Part shown: positions 40,442 through 54,600 of the stretch, one piece after another | How the letters are laid out: each line of letters starts with the position of its first letter | Numbering within the stretch: the stretch's first letter is position 1 | Source: the human T2T-CHM13v2.0 reference genome, Homo sapiens | DNA length: 64,000 nt | Reading direction: 5' to 3' | Assembly: GCA_009914755.4 (NCBI GenBank) | Contig: CP068257.2 | Location: 43,520,001 to 43,584,000 of the forward strand | Program-made: the position numbers and the translations under genes | The notes under the pieces: generated by a model | Told to the model about the DNA's origin: nothing | Seen by the model: only the letters and a program-made list of their open reading frames with translations | Databases searched by the model: none

Positions 40442-41416
40442 TTACAGATATGCCTGCCATGTAGCCTAGCCATTTCACTCCTAGTGGTTTACCAAAGAGA
40501 AATGAAAGCGTATGTCCACGCAGACTTGTAAATGAATGTTTGTAGGACTTTCTTTGTAATAGACAAAATAGTCAAAAACTGGAAGCAATCCACGCGGCCA
40601 TCAACCGGTAAATAGATAGAACAGACGGTGGCATATCCATGCAGTGGAGTACTACTGGGTGAAAAAAAGAACAGTGATACACACTACAGCATAGAGAAAT
40701 CTCAAAATAATTACGCAGAGTGAAAGAAGCCAGATGAAAAAGAGGAATTACCATACAGTCCCATTTGTATATATCTCGGGAGAATGCAGACTAAGCTGCA
40801 GTGGCAGAAAGCAGGTCAGTTATTGCCTAGTGGGGACAGAACGAGATGTAAGGAGACAGGAGGTTTGGGGAGTGAGGTCACATGGGTACATACAAATGTC
40901 AAAACTTACCACAGTGTCCCTTTAAGCGTGTGCAGTTTATTGTATGTCAGTTGTACCGCAGTAACTCCAGGGGAAGAAATCACATGAGAAAATGCTTATA
41001 TAAGTAAATGACAGAAAGCACCACAACTATATGAATTAGAAAAATTCAAATAAGTTAGAAGGATGCAAACAGTAAAGTTAAGAGCAGAAATTAGTTTTGT
41101 AAGCAACAAAGATGTAGCAGTGAGCAGTAACAAAGCCTCTAAGATGTCAGTACTTAGAGCAGGCAGGTTGATTAAAGTCAACAGAACCGGTGAGGCTGAT
41201 CAAGAAGACAGAAGGCACTACCAAAACGTATCTGGAATGAAAACACGGATATCCTTCAGGGTCCAGCAGAGATTGCTACAGTGGAGAGTCCTAGACACTT
41301 CAGCACTGATAGGTTTTAAAACTGAGACAAAATAGAACATTTTCTAGAAAAGTGTACATTGCTAAAAGTGACTTAAGCATATGCAGAAAATTGGAATAGA
41401 ACTCTGCCTATTAAAT

Positions 41417-41454
41417 CACACACACACACACACACACACATACACACACACACA
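41417..41454. repeat. (CA)n microsatellite, about 19 repeats with one interruption.
   Basis: cacacacacacacacacacacatacacacacacaca. Confidence 0.9.
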
Positions 41455-44400
41455 GAGAATAAATTAAGAAAATAGAAGGAAGGAGAGTCTGTGGAGAGAG
41501 GGGAAGTGGTTGGCCCAGACAACATTGAGTGAGTTCTAGACATCGTTTGTGGGATGATGATCCCCATTTTATGTAATATTTTCCAAGGATAGAAAAGTAG
41601 GGAATAATTCTGCAGCTCATTGTGTGGCTCATAACTCAAAGGTTACTACAACCTTTATCTCCACACCAGACAAGGACAGTAAAGGAAAACAAAACAACAA
41701 CATGTCATGGAAATACACATTTATACACTTACATTATCTTTAAAAATTTAGCAAGCCAAATTCTATTTTATATTTTTTAAAGCTTCATTAATTCCTCTTA
41801 AATCTATCATTTCAATGTGATTTTAATAAAAATCTTATTTTTTCATAGTACTTAAAAGTTGAATCCCAACATGGCAATAGAAAACTAACAATATAAAACC
41901 ATAGTAATCAAAAGTGAGTGGTAATTTTCGGCAGAACAGTGGCACAACATACAATCTGAAAAGACCTGCAGACCCATGGGGCAGCACTGGTGATCAGGCC
42001 TGCCCGTGTTTAAAAGAAAATGTAAACTAGATGGAGGCTTGTCTCTCTCACAGAAAATTAAGTCCAAAAATAGGTGGCCCAGAGAAGCTCTGGTGGCTCC
42101 ATGGTCTGGAGCCTGATCCCTCTTTGTCCCGCACCATCTAAGAGGTCTCTTCTGAGTTCAGGGTCTTCATAATCCCTAGAGCTGACGAAATCCCTGAGTA
42201 CCCAGTCTGAATTCCAGGCACAGGGACACTTCAGCCAGCTCAGCTCATCATCCAGAGCTCAGGCACAGGGCTCCACTCGCTATGGGGCAGCTGGGGTGGC
42301 CGGGCTTACACACTCAGCCACCTGGAAGAGGACTGGGGCTCTGTCATGCAGGAGGAAGGGAAGAAAGGCAGGGCTGCAGCCAGCAGTCTGTGCTAGACGT
42401 GGTGCTCGCAGAAGACATGGACAAAGTAGCCAACGACCAGTCCTGGAGAAACAGGCTGTCTGTGCAGAGAAGCAGCCCACCATACACTATCCAAAGCACA
42501 TGCTAGGACAGTTAAGGACCTGAGTATGCAGAGCAGTGCCTGGCAGTTGCAGGGTTCTTCAATAAGGCACAGAAAACCCCAATTATAAAGAAAAGTGAAT
42601 AAATTTGACTAAATTAAAATTTCAGGAATTATTTACTATAACCCACATATTTGGAAAAGAAAAGCCACATATTGGGAAGAGATTTCTGATGTCTCATGTG
42701 ACCAACAAAGGATTCGACTTGGTTACAGGCTGACTCCTGCACCTGCATAGCACAGAGCCATCCATTTGGAGGATCCTTGCTGGGGCGTGGGGATGTCACA
42801 CACATAAATGCAGGAGTCGGGGCTCATGGACCTGAACCCTTCAGATCCAAGCCTTTTATTATATAGTAATTAGACTTTACCTCAAGGAAGAAACAAACAC
42901 AAGCTGATAGAACCTAGCATGGGTGGGCCAAGAAATAGCAAATGGCCAGAAAAGTTGCCCGGAAAGAGCCCTGGTGGCCAAAATGATGCCAGTTGGCTGC
43001 AGCTGTGTCCCTGCTCTGGGAGAGTTGAGAGTGGGGAGCAGCCACCTTGGAGGGCCAGGTGGATGGGGCTGGGTGAGGCTGAACTGTTCCCCTTACACAG
43101 GACACAGTGACAGGCAGAGGGCCCAGGGCCATGGTAGGTTGGGGGTGGGGTGGGAGCCACAGCACTGCCATTGGAGGTCACCAGGGTGTCCATCCCACTG
43201 GCAGGCAGTTTGGCGGTGAATGCAGCCCCAGAGAGTTGTCCACAAGACCATGGGGTGAGAGGCTCCCATGGGGTTGGCCACCCCACGGTGATTATGTTGG
43301 CGCGGGAGCCGTGGGAAGGAACGAGAGTCTTGGTTCAGATGACCTCGGCCTGTGTCCTCAGCTGCACAGAGCTGTGGGAACAAACAAGACCATCCAGAGG
43401 AGGACCAGCAGCCTGTCTATTCAGAGTCGGCTATGGCAAGGGGGCCAGAGCACTGTGTTGGGCAGACTCAAAGGCACGCACAGGAAGGGGGATGGCTTTA
43501 TTGTAGGGAAAGGGGGAGGCTTTGGGTATGTTCTGATGGAGGTAGGGGAAGCCAAGATGGGCTCTGCAGAAGGTGGCCTCCCGTGCAGCTGCTTGAAGAA
43601 CCCAGGGGCATCTCTGGCTGGTCCTGGGTTGAAAGCAGGAAGGAATGGGCGTGGGGCAACCACTAGGAAGCTGTAGTCCTTCCTGAAAGCCTGGCTGACT
43701 GGGCCGAGTGCTGTGGAGGCTGTGGTTTGGGTCAGAGTAGTTCTCCTGCCCTGTGTGGTCTGGCCGACGTCTGTCTGCAGCTCAGTCTCTCAGGCCGGGC
43801 CCTTTACTGAATCAGGGGACAGATCAGATGATAGCAGTCTGGACTCTGTTCCTAAAGAAATGGCACAAGGAAAATGAAAGACGAAGAAGGCCAGGCACAG
43901 ATGCCTAGACCCGGGTGCACTGAGCCGAGGCCATGCTGTGAGAGTGGGGACACCTGTAGGTTCCTTGGGTGTCAGCCAAACACACTTCATGGCACGCTGT
44001 GAGTGGGCACCTCCCATGGGGTCCGCAGGACAGGTGGCTGTGGACATGTAGTGGGTATCTCTAGGAGACGTCCTGCCTGCAGTCTTGGCAGAGCTTTACT
44101 TGTTTTATTCGCATGGACGCTGACTGTGTCTGACACCCTCTCGCTGGCGCTAGGCGATTTCATCCTGATGAAGTTTGTCCCAGCTGTCCTTTGTGAGGTG
44201 CATTAGTGGAAGCTGGTGCCACACCATTTCCCACCCAGGGCCTCTGCAGAGCTGTAGACACTCTTGGAATTCTCTTTCAAAGCATACGTTCAGAATTAAT
44301 GACTCCTAACAAATGAAGGTTTCTGCAGGATCACTGCTTTAAAGTTTGCCCAGAAGACCTAATTCAGCTTAAAGATGCTGAGTCCATAGAGGCTTCTAAT

Positions 44401-45624
44401 CTGTAGAAGAAAGGGGCCTGTGTTTCTTAGAGGTATTGAATCATTTCATGCTTTTTCTGTAAGTTAGGGAAACCTTCATTTTCATTTCCATTTTGGAAGG
44501 TGGAAGGAATGTGTCATAGGAATTGGAGGATTTGTCCATTCGACACATATTTATTGATCTTCTGTATGTGCCAGGTACATATTGTAAGTGCTGGGATAGG
44601 TCAGTAAAGAAAGCAGACAGAAACCTCTTCCTGCACTGGGGTAGGATGGGAGCAGAGAGTCCAACATGGATCTGTAAATTATGTGGAAGTCAGAATGGGG
44701 TTGGAGGGCTTGGGCGGCAGGGAAGGGAGACCTCAGGCAGCAGGTAAGCAAAAGGCTTGAGTGGCTGGGAAGGGAGGCCTCCCTCAGAACGGCTTTTGTA
44801 CAGGGACCTAAAGTGGGGGCAGCCATGGCTGCCTCTGGGATTGGTGTTCCAGCTGGTGGACCTGTGGACAGAAGCTTTGGGCAAGCAGCAAGGAGGTCCC
44901 TGAGGGTGGCCAGAAGCTTGGGGACAGGTGCAGGGTGAGAGGTGACAGGGCTGGGGGATCTGGCCGGAGGACTGCTGGCATTTTCTTGGGAGCCACTGGA
45001 CTGTTTTGTGCCAGGGAATGGCCTGTGCTGGCCCACGTGTTCACAGGGGTCAAGAGGAGAGGGCTTGGGGCAGGCACCGGGTTCCCCTTAGGAGAGGGCG
45101 TCATGACACAGGCAGGGGGGCATGACTTGACCCATGGCGTAGCAGTGGCAGTGGCCAGAAGTCAGGTCCTATATCTCTTCCAAAAGTGGATCCCAGGTGA
45201 TCTGCTGATGACTGCTGTGACAGGGATGAGCAGGGTGAGGGTGACCCCAGAGTGGGGACTGAGCAGCTGGAGGTCAGTGCTGGGGCATATCCAGAATGAG
45301 GCGTAAACAGGTGAGGTTGGCGGCTGTTTGTCATGTGCTGCCTACCCCACTTGCCAGCTCTGCCCTGCTAGGCTCTTGAGGGGGCATGGAGTGGCCCTGA
45401 GACTTCAGGCCTCCAAATACAACTGTGGGCATTGTCAGGCAGAGGCTGTGCCACGGAGTGAGTGACAGAGGGGGGATATATGGAGGCTGGTTCCAGTCTG
45501 GGCGTCAGCCTCCTCCAGTCTCAAGTCCTGCCACATCCGCAGATCTAAGCCCGAATGTTTCTCATCTGCCCTGGCCTCCCTGTCCCCACACTGCCCAGTC
45601 GACCTTCATTTCTGACCTGTACTG

Positions 45625-45975
45625 CTGAGCGTCTTCCCCTGCAGCGTGTGCTGAGCATCTTCCCCTGCAGTGCGTGCCACACTGTGCTGAGCGTCTAACC
45701 CTGCAGCGCGTGCCACACTGTGCTGAGCATCTTCCCCTGCAGCCTGTGCCACACTGTGCTGAGCGTCTTCCCCTGCAGCCTGTGCCACACTGTGCTGAGC
45801 GTCTTCCCCTGAAGCGCATGCCACACTGTGCTGAGCGTCTAACCCTGCAGCGCGTGCCACACTGTGCTGAGCATCTTCCCTTGCAGCCTGTGCCACACTG
45901 TGCTGAGCGTCTTCCCCTGCAGCGTGTGCCACACTGCTGAGCGTGTAACCCTGCAGCGCGTGCCACACTGCTGAC
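45625..45975. repeat. GC-rich minisatellite: about 9.5 tandem copies of a 36-bp unit (ctgagcgtcttcccctgcagcgtgtgccacactgtg) with point variants. It is a VNTR candidate.
   Basis: ctgagc recurs at 45651, 45687, 45723, 45759, 45795, 45831, 45867 and 45903 (period 36), then at 45937 (period 34). The 36-nt period is why both strands show long repetitive ORFs (45562-46020 and 45606-46091 minus, 45674-45940 plus). Confidence 0.9.
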
Positions 45976-47473
45976 GCCACTTCGTAAAATGCGCATGCGC
46001 CAGCCCCTCCCCTGAGACACTCCATGAAATTAGATTGGGCCACTCCAGAGGCCTCTCTCTGCCATCTGAATACCGCCCCCTCCCTCATCAAGCTCCTGGC
46101 TGCTTAGGGGCCCCTGCCCTGCCCCTCTGCCCTGGCTGCCCTTGCTGCTGTCCTGTGTCCCCTGCCCCCCAGGCTGGGACATGCGTTCCTCCCTCAGCCT
46201 CACAGCCCCCTCCTTTGGGGCTAAGCTTCAGGGTCACCCCAGGAGCATTCCTTCAAGTACATACACCCCTTTTTCTTTTTCACAGAACCCCGCCCTTTCT
46301 CCCAAATTGATTTTACCTCAATTTATAGTTCTTCATTTGTCTTTTTATTGCATTATTGTTTAGCTCCTGAGCTGTATCTCCCCCCAGGTACTTCACACCC
46401 TGTGTATGTAGCGCCCAGCAAAGGGTGCTCCAGACACAGCAACTCCCAGGCTGAGCAGAGCATCTCTGCTCTTTGTGGGGCTCAGAAAGAGAGAACAGGC
46501 ATATTGTGAAGGCATGTGTGTGTTGGAGCTGATAATGAATACCTAAGTTGCCATTGGCATGCATCATTGGTGTCATGCATGTCAGCTGCACACGTGCAGT
46601 CGCTGTAAATCCCCACACCCTACCTGCCTGTGCATTCAGTGCCATTGTCACTTGCAGAGAACAGGAAATAAGCAGTTTAATGTTTTGAAGGACCTCTTGA
46701 AGAGCTGTCCTTTTTTAAGAAGTATAGTGGTCCCCGCTTCTCCGTAGATGTGTCTCAAGACCCCCAGTAGACTCCTGAAACTGTAGATAGTACTGAACCC
46801 TGTACGTGCTGGTATTTTTCCTGTAAGTACCTTCCTATATAAAGTTTAATTTATGATTAGACACAGTAAGAAATTAACAGTCACTAATAATAAAATAAGA
46901 GTGACTTGAACACAAGCACAGTGATGCTGTGGCCATCAATCTTATCACCAAGGCGACTGCTAATGGGCCAGCGGCATCTGCAACGTGGATGGTTCACATC
47001 CCGGGCTGGACAGCACAAGATCGCACCACACTCCTCAGAACGGCATACAGTTGAAAGTCTGGAAGTGTTTATTTCTGGAATTTTTCATTTAATATCTTCA
47101 GATCACGGTTGACAGTGAGTAACTGAAACCTCTGAAAGTGAAACCTCAGATAAGGGGACCTGCTATAATTAAATATGTAATTTCCTTTCTGATATTTCCC
47201 ACAGATTTCTCACAAGAAACATATGTGGCTCATTGATTGTGGGAAAACGTAATGGTAAAAACAAACACAGTGTAAAATAACTTTTAAGTAGATTTTTGTC
47301 TTTGTGATCGTAAGCTGCTAAATCAGTCTGTTAACTTTTTGTTGCACTCCTTTGTCAGTTGGTTGGGATCCTGCGGAATTGCCAGTGCATCCCTGTAACC
47401 ACGCAGGCTTGGGCTGGGCTGCGTCGACACTGAGTCCGAGCTCCCTGAAGACTGTGCTTTCTTCTCCCTCCAG

Positions 47474-47655
47474 CTGGAACGTGGTGGGCATCCAGGGATC
47501 CCTGCTCAGCATTTTCGTGGAGCCCATTTACTTCTCGAGCATCATCCTGGGCAGCCTTTACCACGGGGACCACCTTTCCAGGGCCATGTACCAGCGGATC
47601 TCCAACATAGAGGACCTGCCACCTCTCTACACCCTCAACAAGCCTTTGCTCAGTG
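47474..47655 (+). CDS. ADARB1: ADARB1 coding exon (182 nt) encoding (R)[60 protein letters not shown](G). It ends at a GC (non-GT) donor.
   Basis: Acceptor cttctccctccag|ctggaacgtg; exon ends ...ctcagtg|gcaagtat. Only a GC donor at 47656 preserves the ...PLLSG|ISNAEAR... junction. The exon sits about 19.4 kb downstream of the previous exon. Confidence 0.88.
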
Positions 47656-47904
47656 GCAAGTATCTCTAGAGTGTGCTGATTTAATCTCTGTCTTGATTTT
47701 GCAATGTTTTCATCCTCATGAATGAAAAAAACACCACCTGAGCTGCTCTGTGGCTATCAAAAGAACATCAGAGTCCTTCTAAAGAGACCCAAGGTGATGT
47801 TTCTGAGGCTCTCCGGGCCTTGTCTCTAGGGCCTTTTAAGTGAGTCTCTCTGTAAGATTAATCTCCTTTACCAATCACAAACCTAGCCATTCATAGAAGA
47901 ATTG

Positions 47905-48232
<328 letters not shown>

Positions 48233-49389
48233 TGACTGGGCTGGGCACCTGTCTGTTTTCCTCTCACTCAGGCACTGTATTCATTCCTGTCTCAGCAGCA
48301 GAGACTCAACAGACACTGAAAATTATGTCAGCATTGGCTTTCCCAGACTAACCCTGAGCCAGGTCTCCGGGACGTTTACGCTGTCTTAGAGCCACCAGGG
48401 TGTCCACAGCGGTGAGCTGCCTAGAGCCTGCCCTGGGCTCCCTGGAGAGGCCCTGTTGGCTCCGAGAGATGGTGACAGGTGGAACCAGGGGTGCCAATGG
48501 CAGGCAGAGGCTGTCTCCCTGGTGTCTGCACCTACCCTCGATTCCCTTCATTGCTGGTTTTCTTTTTTCTTTTTTTAGAATTTCAGTGGCTAACAGTAAA
48601 GTGAACAGGAGCTTTTGAATTCAAAGGTCCTAACTTCTAAGCTCACCTTTATTTAAAAGGACACAGTTAAGGTATTTTTATCTTTTTAAACATATAATTT
48701 CACTACTTTTTTAAAAGCTCAAAACTAAAACCATAATCCTAACCTGAAACACGTTTATTTTGGGGTGTGTGTGTGCTTGTGTTTGTGCTGCCTTGTTTTC
48801 TAGTGCCTGGCAACTAGCACGCCTTTAATTTGAGAAAAAGCAGTGTGGAATTTTATTTGAAAGCATGCCTGTCAGAGCACATGAAGGAGGCAGGGATGGG
48901 GAAAAACAGTTGTCTTTAATTAAATTTTACAGTTCCGTAACTTAACCATTGTGTTTTAAGAAAAACAAAATAGATAAAACTTGATGGTAGGTAGGTTGAA
49001 ATTGTAGCATCAATGTCTTTTGAAGTATTTTGTTGTGTATTGGTGTGTGAATTTCTCATGATTCAGAAAATTTCCCTCTTTGCTCTCTGTCTTCTGTACT
49101 TGAGCAAAGAGTGCTTTAATTTTAGCTGTCACTCATCTTTTATATGCATAGATACTTAAAACATTGCATGTGGAATATGGGACACATAGGTGATACTCAA
49201 AAATAGTTGTTAATTAGGGCCTTGTTGAATAGCGCTGTCTAAGCAATATCTCATCCGTAACTAAAATCTGCAAAGACAGAATCATTTTGCTAAAGAAATT
49301 TTCTAAGATATTGAAAGTAGAGCTCATTTATAAAAGTCAGTGTATTTTTATCATATTTCACTTATGTGAAAAGCATCTATATCTGTTAA

Positions 49390-49815
<426 letters not shown>

Positions 49816-51519
49816 TAAAGCACATTACCAAACCCCTCCCCTGGTCCCCGCTGCAGGGGGCTGTGCCGAGCTGATTCAGCAGCAGCAGAGAGAGCCTGGG
49901 TTGGAGCCATGAGGCTGCCCCTGCGTCAGCTCTGCCTCCTTGGAAGCTTCTGTGTCTCGGGTTCTTCATACGCCCAGTGGCAGGGATGGACCAGGCACCC
50001 CTTGCAATCCTTCTGGACAAATGTGCCACTGTCCTATGAAAATAAAAGGACACCACTCAAGCTCCAGGAGGCAGAACCTTAACTCAAATCTGAGCCAATA
50101 AACAATGTCACTCTAGCACCAAAGTCTATTTCAAAATGCAAACTATTTGAAATATCTTATTTTTGGTAAATGCTTTATTTTGGAAATGGGTTTTTGTTGT
50201 TGTTTCCCTGAAGAGAGTTCAGATCAGCAAAGCAAGTAGCTTTGGAGAAGACACCTTTAGACGAGGACTCCTGTGAATCAGCAGGACAGCGTAGCAGGAC
50301 ATTAGGTGAGCCACAGGGTGGAGCAGGATGGGAGGGCAGAGGCTTCTGCTTCAGAATTGAAGCCGAAGGCAAGTAATGCTGTGGGTGTTACTGGAGACAA
50401 AAGGAACCAAACAAGAAAAATCTGGAGAGGCAAATGTTGATGTCTTAATAGATTTGGGAGGTCACACTCTTTAAAAATGGGTCCCAAAGCAAAGCTCTCA
50501 AAACTTCATTAAAAGAAAAGTCTTACATTTGACAAGTGACCTGGACAGAGGAGCTACCAGGACATTGGCCCCCTTGCTGTGCACCTGCACTGTGCATCAC
50601 AGCTCACGTCGTGTTTGTTACACTTTGTCACCTCACATTTTATTATAAAGGTCATTCCCGTGTTAAAAAGAGAGCGCGGTATGACAGCACCTAGTGAATT
50701 GTAGTGTCTTTAGGGAGGAACAAAAATGGACATAAATGAATACAAAGAAAAGATTACCTGAAACTGGGAGCAAATCAAAGTAAAAATGTAGGGATAGGGT
50801 GTTGCTTTCTTTTAAAAAGATAATGCTGTCAGGATTAAAGTGAGAAGAATTTAATTTTCATTTCAGCCTGAACACTAGTTTTACTTTCAGAAAGGTTCTT
50901 GGTGCCAAGCTGTGACACTTTTGCCTTTGTGGGTATACACACTTGGTACCCTTGCTTAGCACTGTGGAAGAGGAAGTCTCTCGAGCTTTCTCAGACTTTC
51001 TCTCAAATGAGTTTCACATCCAGCACTTGCAAGTTTCAGGACAATTCCAGCTTCTTATTTATGTCCATTGATCTCCTGAGTGTGAGCTCCTCAGCTGGCC
51101 CAGTTTGTTGTCCAACGCTCACTAAGATAAACCAAGAAGAAGGAGCAGGGTGCCCAAATGCCGCATGCGATGGCTCTGGGGACCTTGTTGACAGACAGCC
51201 TGCTCCGGGGTTTGCAGACAAGGCTTCCTATCCTGCTGGTTTTCATGTTGAATGTTGGCACGAAACGTTAACAAACAAGGCTACATGATGGGGTAGGGTC
51301 CTTGTGAAGAGCTTGCATTTAGGTATCTCTGGGAGGACAGCACAGGGACCCAAGGGGGCTGGCAGCAGGCCCAGGTGTGTGGCAGGAAGAAGGCAGGTGC
51401 CTGCTGAGCTGCTATCCACCCGAGACCATTTGACATTATGGGCAGGAAGAGCAAGGGAAGCTGGTTTAATGAGGCCCTGGCTGGAGTGAGAGAGAAGGAA
51501 CATCACTGTGAGAGTGTGG

Positions 51520-51670
51520 AAAGTGTGTGTGTGTATGTGTGCGTGTGTGTGTGTGTGAGTGCATGTGAGTGTGTGCATGAGTGCGTGTGTGTGTGAGTGT
51601 GTGTGCATGTGTGTGTGCACGCTCACATGAGTGTATGAGAGAGAGAGTGTGTGTGTGTGTGTATGCGTAT
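51520..51670. repeat. Compound (TG)n/(TGTGYR)n purine-pyrimidine microsatellite, about 150 bp.
   Basis: gtgtgtgtgtgtatgtgtgcgtgtgtgtgtgtgtgagtgcatgtgagtgtgtgcatgagtgcgtgtgtgtgtgagtgtgtgtgcatgtgtgtgtgcacgctcacatgagtgtatgagagagagagtgtgtgtgtgtgtgtatgcgtat. The minus-strand ORFs 51243-51767 and 51466-51774 are its HTHTH translation. Confidence 0.9.
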
Positions 51671-54600
51671 TCTCCAGGTAAGAGCAGGCACCGGGGTTGT
51701 GGGAAAGAGGTGTCAGTAATGTGAGTTTCCTCCTTGCCCTGGTTTCTAGGAGGAGTGAACGTGCCATGAGTCATTGTAGAAGAGAACGACCACCAAGCTT
51801 GGCTCCAAGTACAGAATCATTCTTTTCATCTGACAATTTTTCTTTCCATTTTACTTTCTGTTTTCCTCCCCTTTGCTTTTGCTGGACCGATTAAATTGTC
51901 TTTCCCCTTTCTTCCGACTGGTGGGAAGTTCTAAATCTTATTTCTATTCTGACCAGTGGTTACCCCAATTTTTTAAAACAAATATGTTTAAATCACTTTG
52001 AAAAAATGTTGGCATCAAGAATTAATATTTGTAAAGATCCAAACTTGGGAAAAGCTGAAATATTGGGCTCATTTTTATTCCACACTCTTCCCATCCTCAT
52101 CTTCCTAGATTCTGATGACATCATCTTGAGTTTTAGAAACTCATTTTATCGTGCTTTTTTTTTAAAAGCCTTTCGTAATGAGTCACATAGCCTCATGATC
52201 AACAATTGTTTAGATGAAGCCGTAAGAGCTCCTGGTTTCTCTTCTAACCAGTTTTCTGTAGCCAGTGCTCCTGCCCTTAACTCCACATCCAGATTTATTT
52301 TTCACTTTGCTGGAATATATCCTTAATTGGGGTGACAGGGTGATTTCTTGGTTGGTTGTTTTTGTTTGGTTTTTGGAGAAAAGTCCTGTGTGGGTGGGGC
52401 CCTGGATCTTGATGTTACCTGGCCCTTGCCTGTGTGCCAGGTGGACTGGGGACTGTGGATGTCTGCGCTCTGCCCTACCCCAAGGACACGTCAAGACCTC
52501 CATGCCACCCCTCCATGGTCACCCTTTGTCACAGAGCCAGTTTGAGTTTCTTTCCTTTCTAGAAGGTACCTCCTTGTTTTCTCTCCTGTAGTGTTACATT
52601 TATCTATTTTCCCTAAAATTCAGGAATTTCAACAGATTAAGCCTAGGTGTGTGGTTAGTTTGTTTGAGTTTCTTTCCTACTTACTACCCTGAACCCTCTG
52701 ATCTGGATTGTTGAGTCTTCACTTCTGAGAAGTTTCCTTCTGTCCTGTCACTTCTGCTAGAAGCATCTTCTCTGCCCTCTCTGTTGTCCCTGAAAATGCT
52801 GCTGAGCAGAACTCACAGGCCTGTGACCAGTGTCTCTCCTCTCATCTGATGTGCTTTTTTGACTGTACTGCATTCTAAGAGAATGCCTGACTTCTGTCAC
52901 CATCTCAGGAGTGAACTGTTTTCCCCGCGGAGCAGGCTCCCCGGGAGCTCATGCCTGGCCCACTTCCCTGCACCACGGCCGCCACACGGCTCCGTCTCTT
53001 GCTCTAGTTCTCCTTTCTGGGAGAGTGACTCCATTTGGGGCTCGTCATCTCTGTTGGGTTTTCAGTGGCTGCATTTGGGGTTCCTCATGTCTGTTGGGTT
53101 TTCAGTTCTCCTTTTGCATACTGAGAGAACAACTTTCTAGTGATTGGAACTGTCTAGAAAAGTTTCCTGAAAGGAATTGAGCTCCCCTGACTGGAAGAGT
53201 TCAGGTTGGAATTGGATGGACACTGTTGTTACGGACACGGTGATAGGGGATCTGGCTGAAAGGATTAACCCACGTGATCTCCAGGTGTCTTCTAAACTCG
53301 AGATCCTACGGAGTGCAGTTTGCTTGTTTTTAAATTCTCTGTGCAGATGACTGTAATGCTACAGTACAGTTACCATTACCTATTGTATCAATGACACTTT
53401 TGAAGGTTTTTAAAAATAATAATAGTTACACTTCACTGACTGCCGTCCTCAGGCCATCTCCCGGGCATGCATGTGCTCAAGTCAGGAGCCAGATTCTTAC
53501 ATGCTTCCCTGAATCCACGCCGCAGCCCTGTGGGCCGGGCCTGCCGTCACCCTTCACAGTGGAAGCAGCCGCAGCCGGCAGACACCACGAGGCTTGCAGC
53601 TCACAGCCATATTCCACTGTCCCTAGGACAAGTACAGCTTGAACCCACATCCCACCTTTCACCACCCCAAGCCTTGCCTCCCATGGACGAAGACAGTGCA
53701 CGAGAGTGCCTTGGGGCTCCCCCAGGAGCTGCTTCAGGAAAAGGAGGAGCTGGCAGGATCACTGTGAGCCTCTCAGCCCCACTCCCCCGGCTGCTCCCCT
53801 TCATCTACATCCAGTTAGCATCTCCTGCCCATGCAGCTCTCTGGACATGAGCCCACCTCACTCAGGACCACAGCTCTGAGGCTCCTTCCACAGCTGGTGT
53901 TCTAAAACCCTGAGGTCTCCTTTGAGAAAGGACTGTTATGTGGCCAGAGGTCCTCTGTGTAAAGCCCTCAGCACCTGGCTGGGGTTAGTGGACAACCAGG
54001 ACAAGGCACTTCCGAGCTGGCAGAGAAAGCCTGAGAGCAGCCCTGGGGAGTGGGCTGGAAGGGTCAGGAGAACCCAGCCATCTTGCTCTGTACGGATTCT
54101 AATGGCTTGTGTTTATTTCTCTGTCAGCTCAAGGGCTGCCCTTAAGACGATCACAATGAAAGGCTCAAAGGTGCTCTGCTCTCAGCTTAAATGGCAGGTT
54201 GGTTTTGGACCCAGAGGGGCTCAGAGGCTCCCTCCTGTGTTGCATGGCCTGTATCATCCTCACTGGGGGTGCTGTGCACAGTTTTCCTTATACTGTAACT
54301 TATGCCCAGGTCTTGACTCTTTCTTATTTGCAGAATAAAGGCCACTTTCAGTCGAGATTGTAAGTACACATTTTCCTTGATCCACTAATGAATGTCTGAT
54401 AGTTTCTATAACATGAACCCATAATAACCCTAAAATATCCATTAATCATTATGTATATTATTCATTTTTGATTACCCTACTGTATGAGGAACCTATTGGA
54501 AAATACCTTTAGGGTAGAAATAAGAAAAAACATCAATGCCAGCTCTTCTGAGTTTTTTAATTGTAGCAGTTATTAGGCCAATTCACAGTTTCTCTGTGTT

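Noticed and set aside
42280-45400. A second GC-rich ORF cluster (for example 43107-43676 plus at 189 aa, 44551-45036 minus at 161 aa)
   Set aside because: Same reason: compositional ORFs, low-complexity translations, overlapping on both strands.
45562-46091. Three long, highly repetitive ORFs (152 aa, 161 aa, 88 aa) that look like a Cys/Arg-rich or Ala/Gln-rich repeat protein
   Set aside because: They are the three-frame and two-strand readout of a 36-bp (in-frame) minisatellite. They have no start context and no splice sites. This also rules out a CRISPR array: the units are directly adjacent with no spacers.
51243-51774. His-Thr repeat ORFs (174 aa and 102 aa, minus strand)
   Set aside because: They are the translation of the (TG)n/(CA)n compound microsatellite, not a gene.
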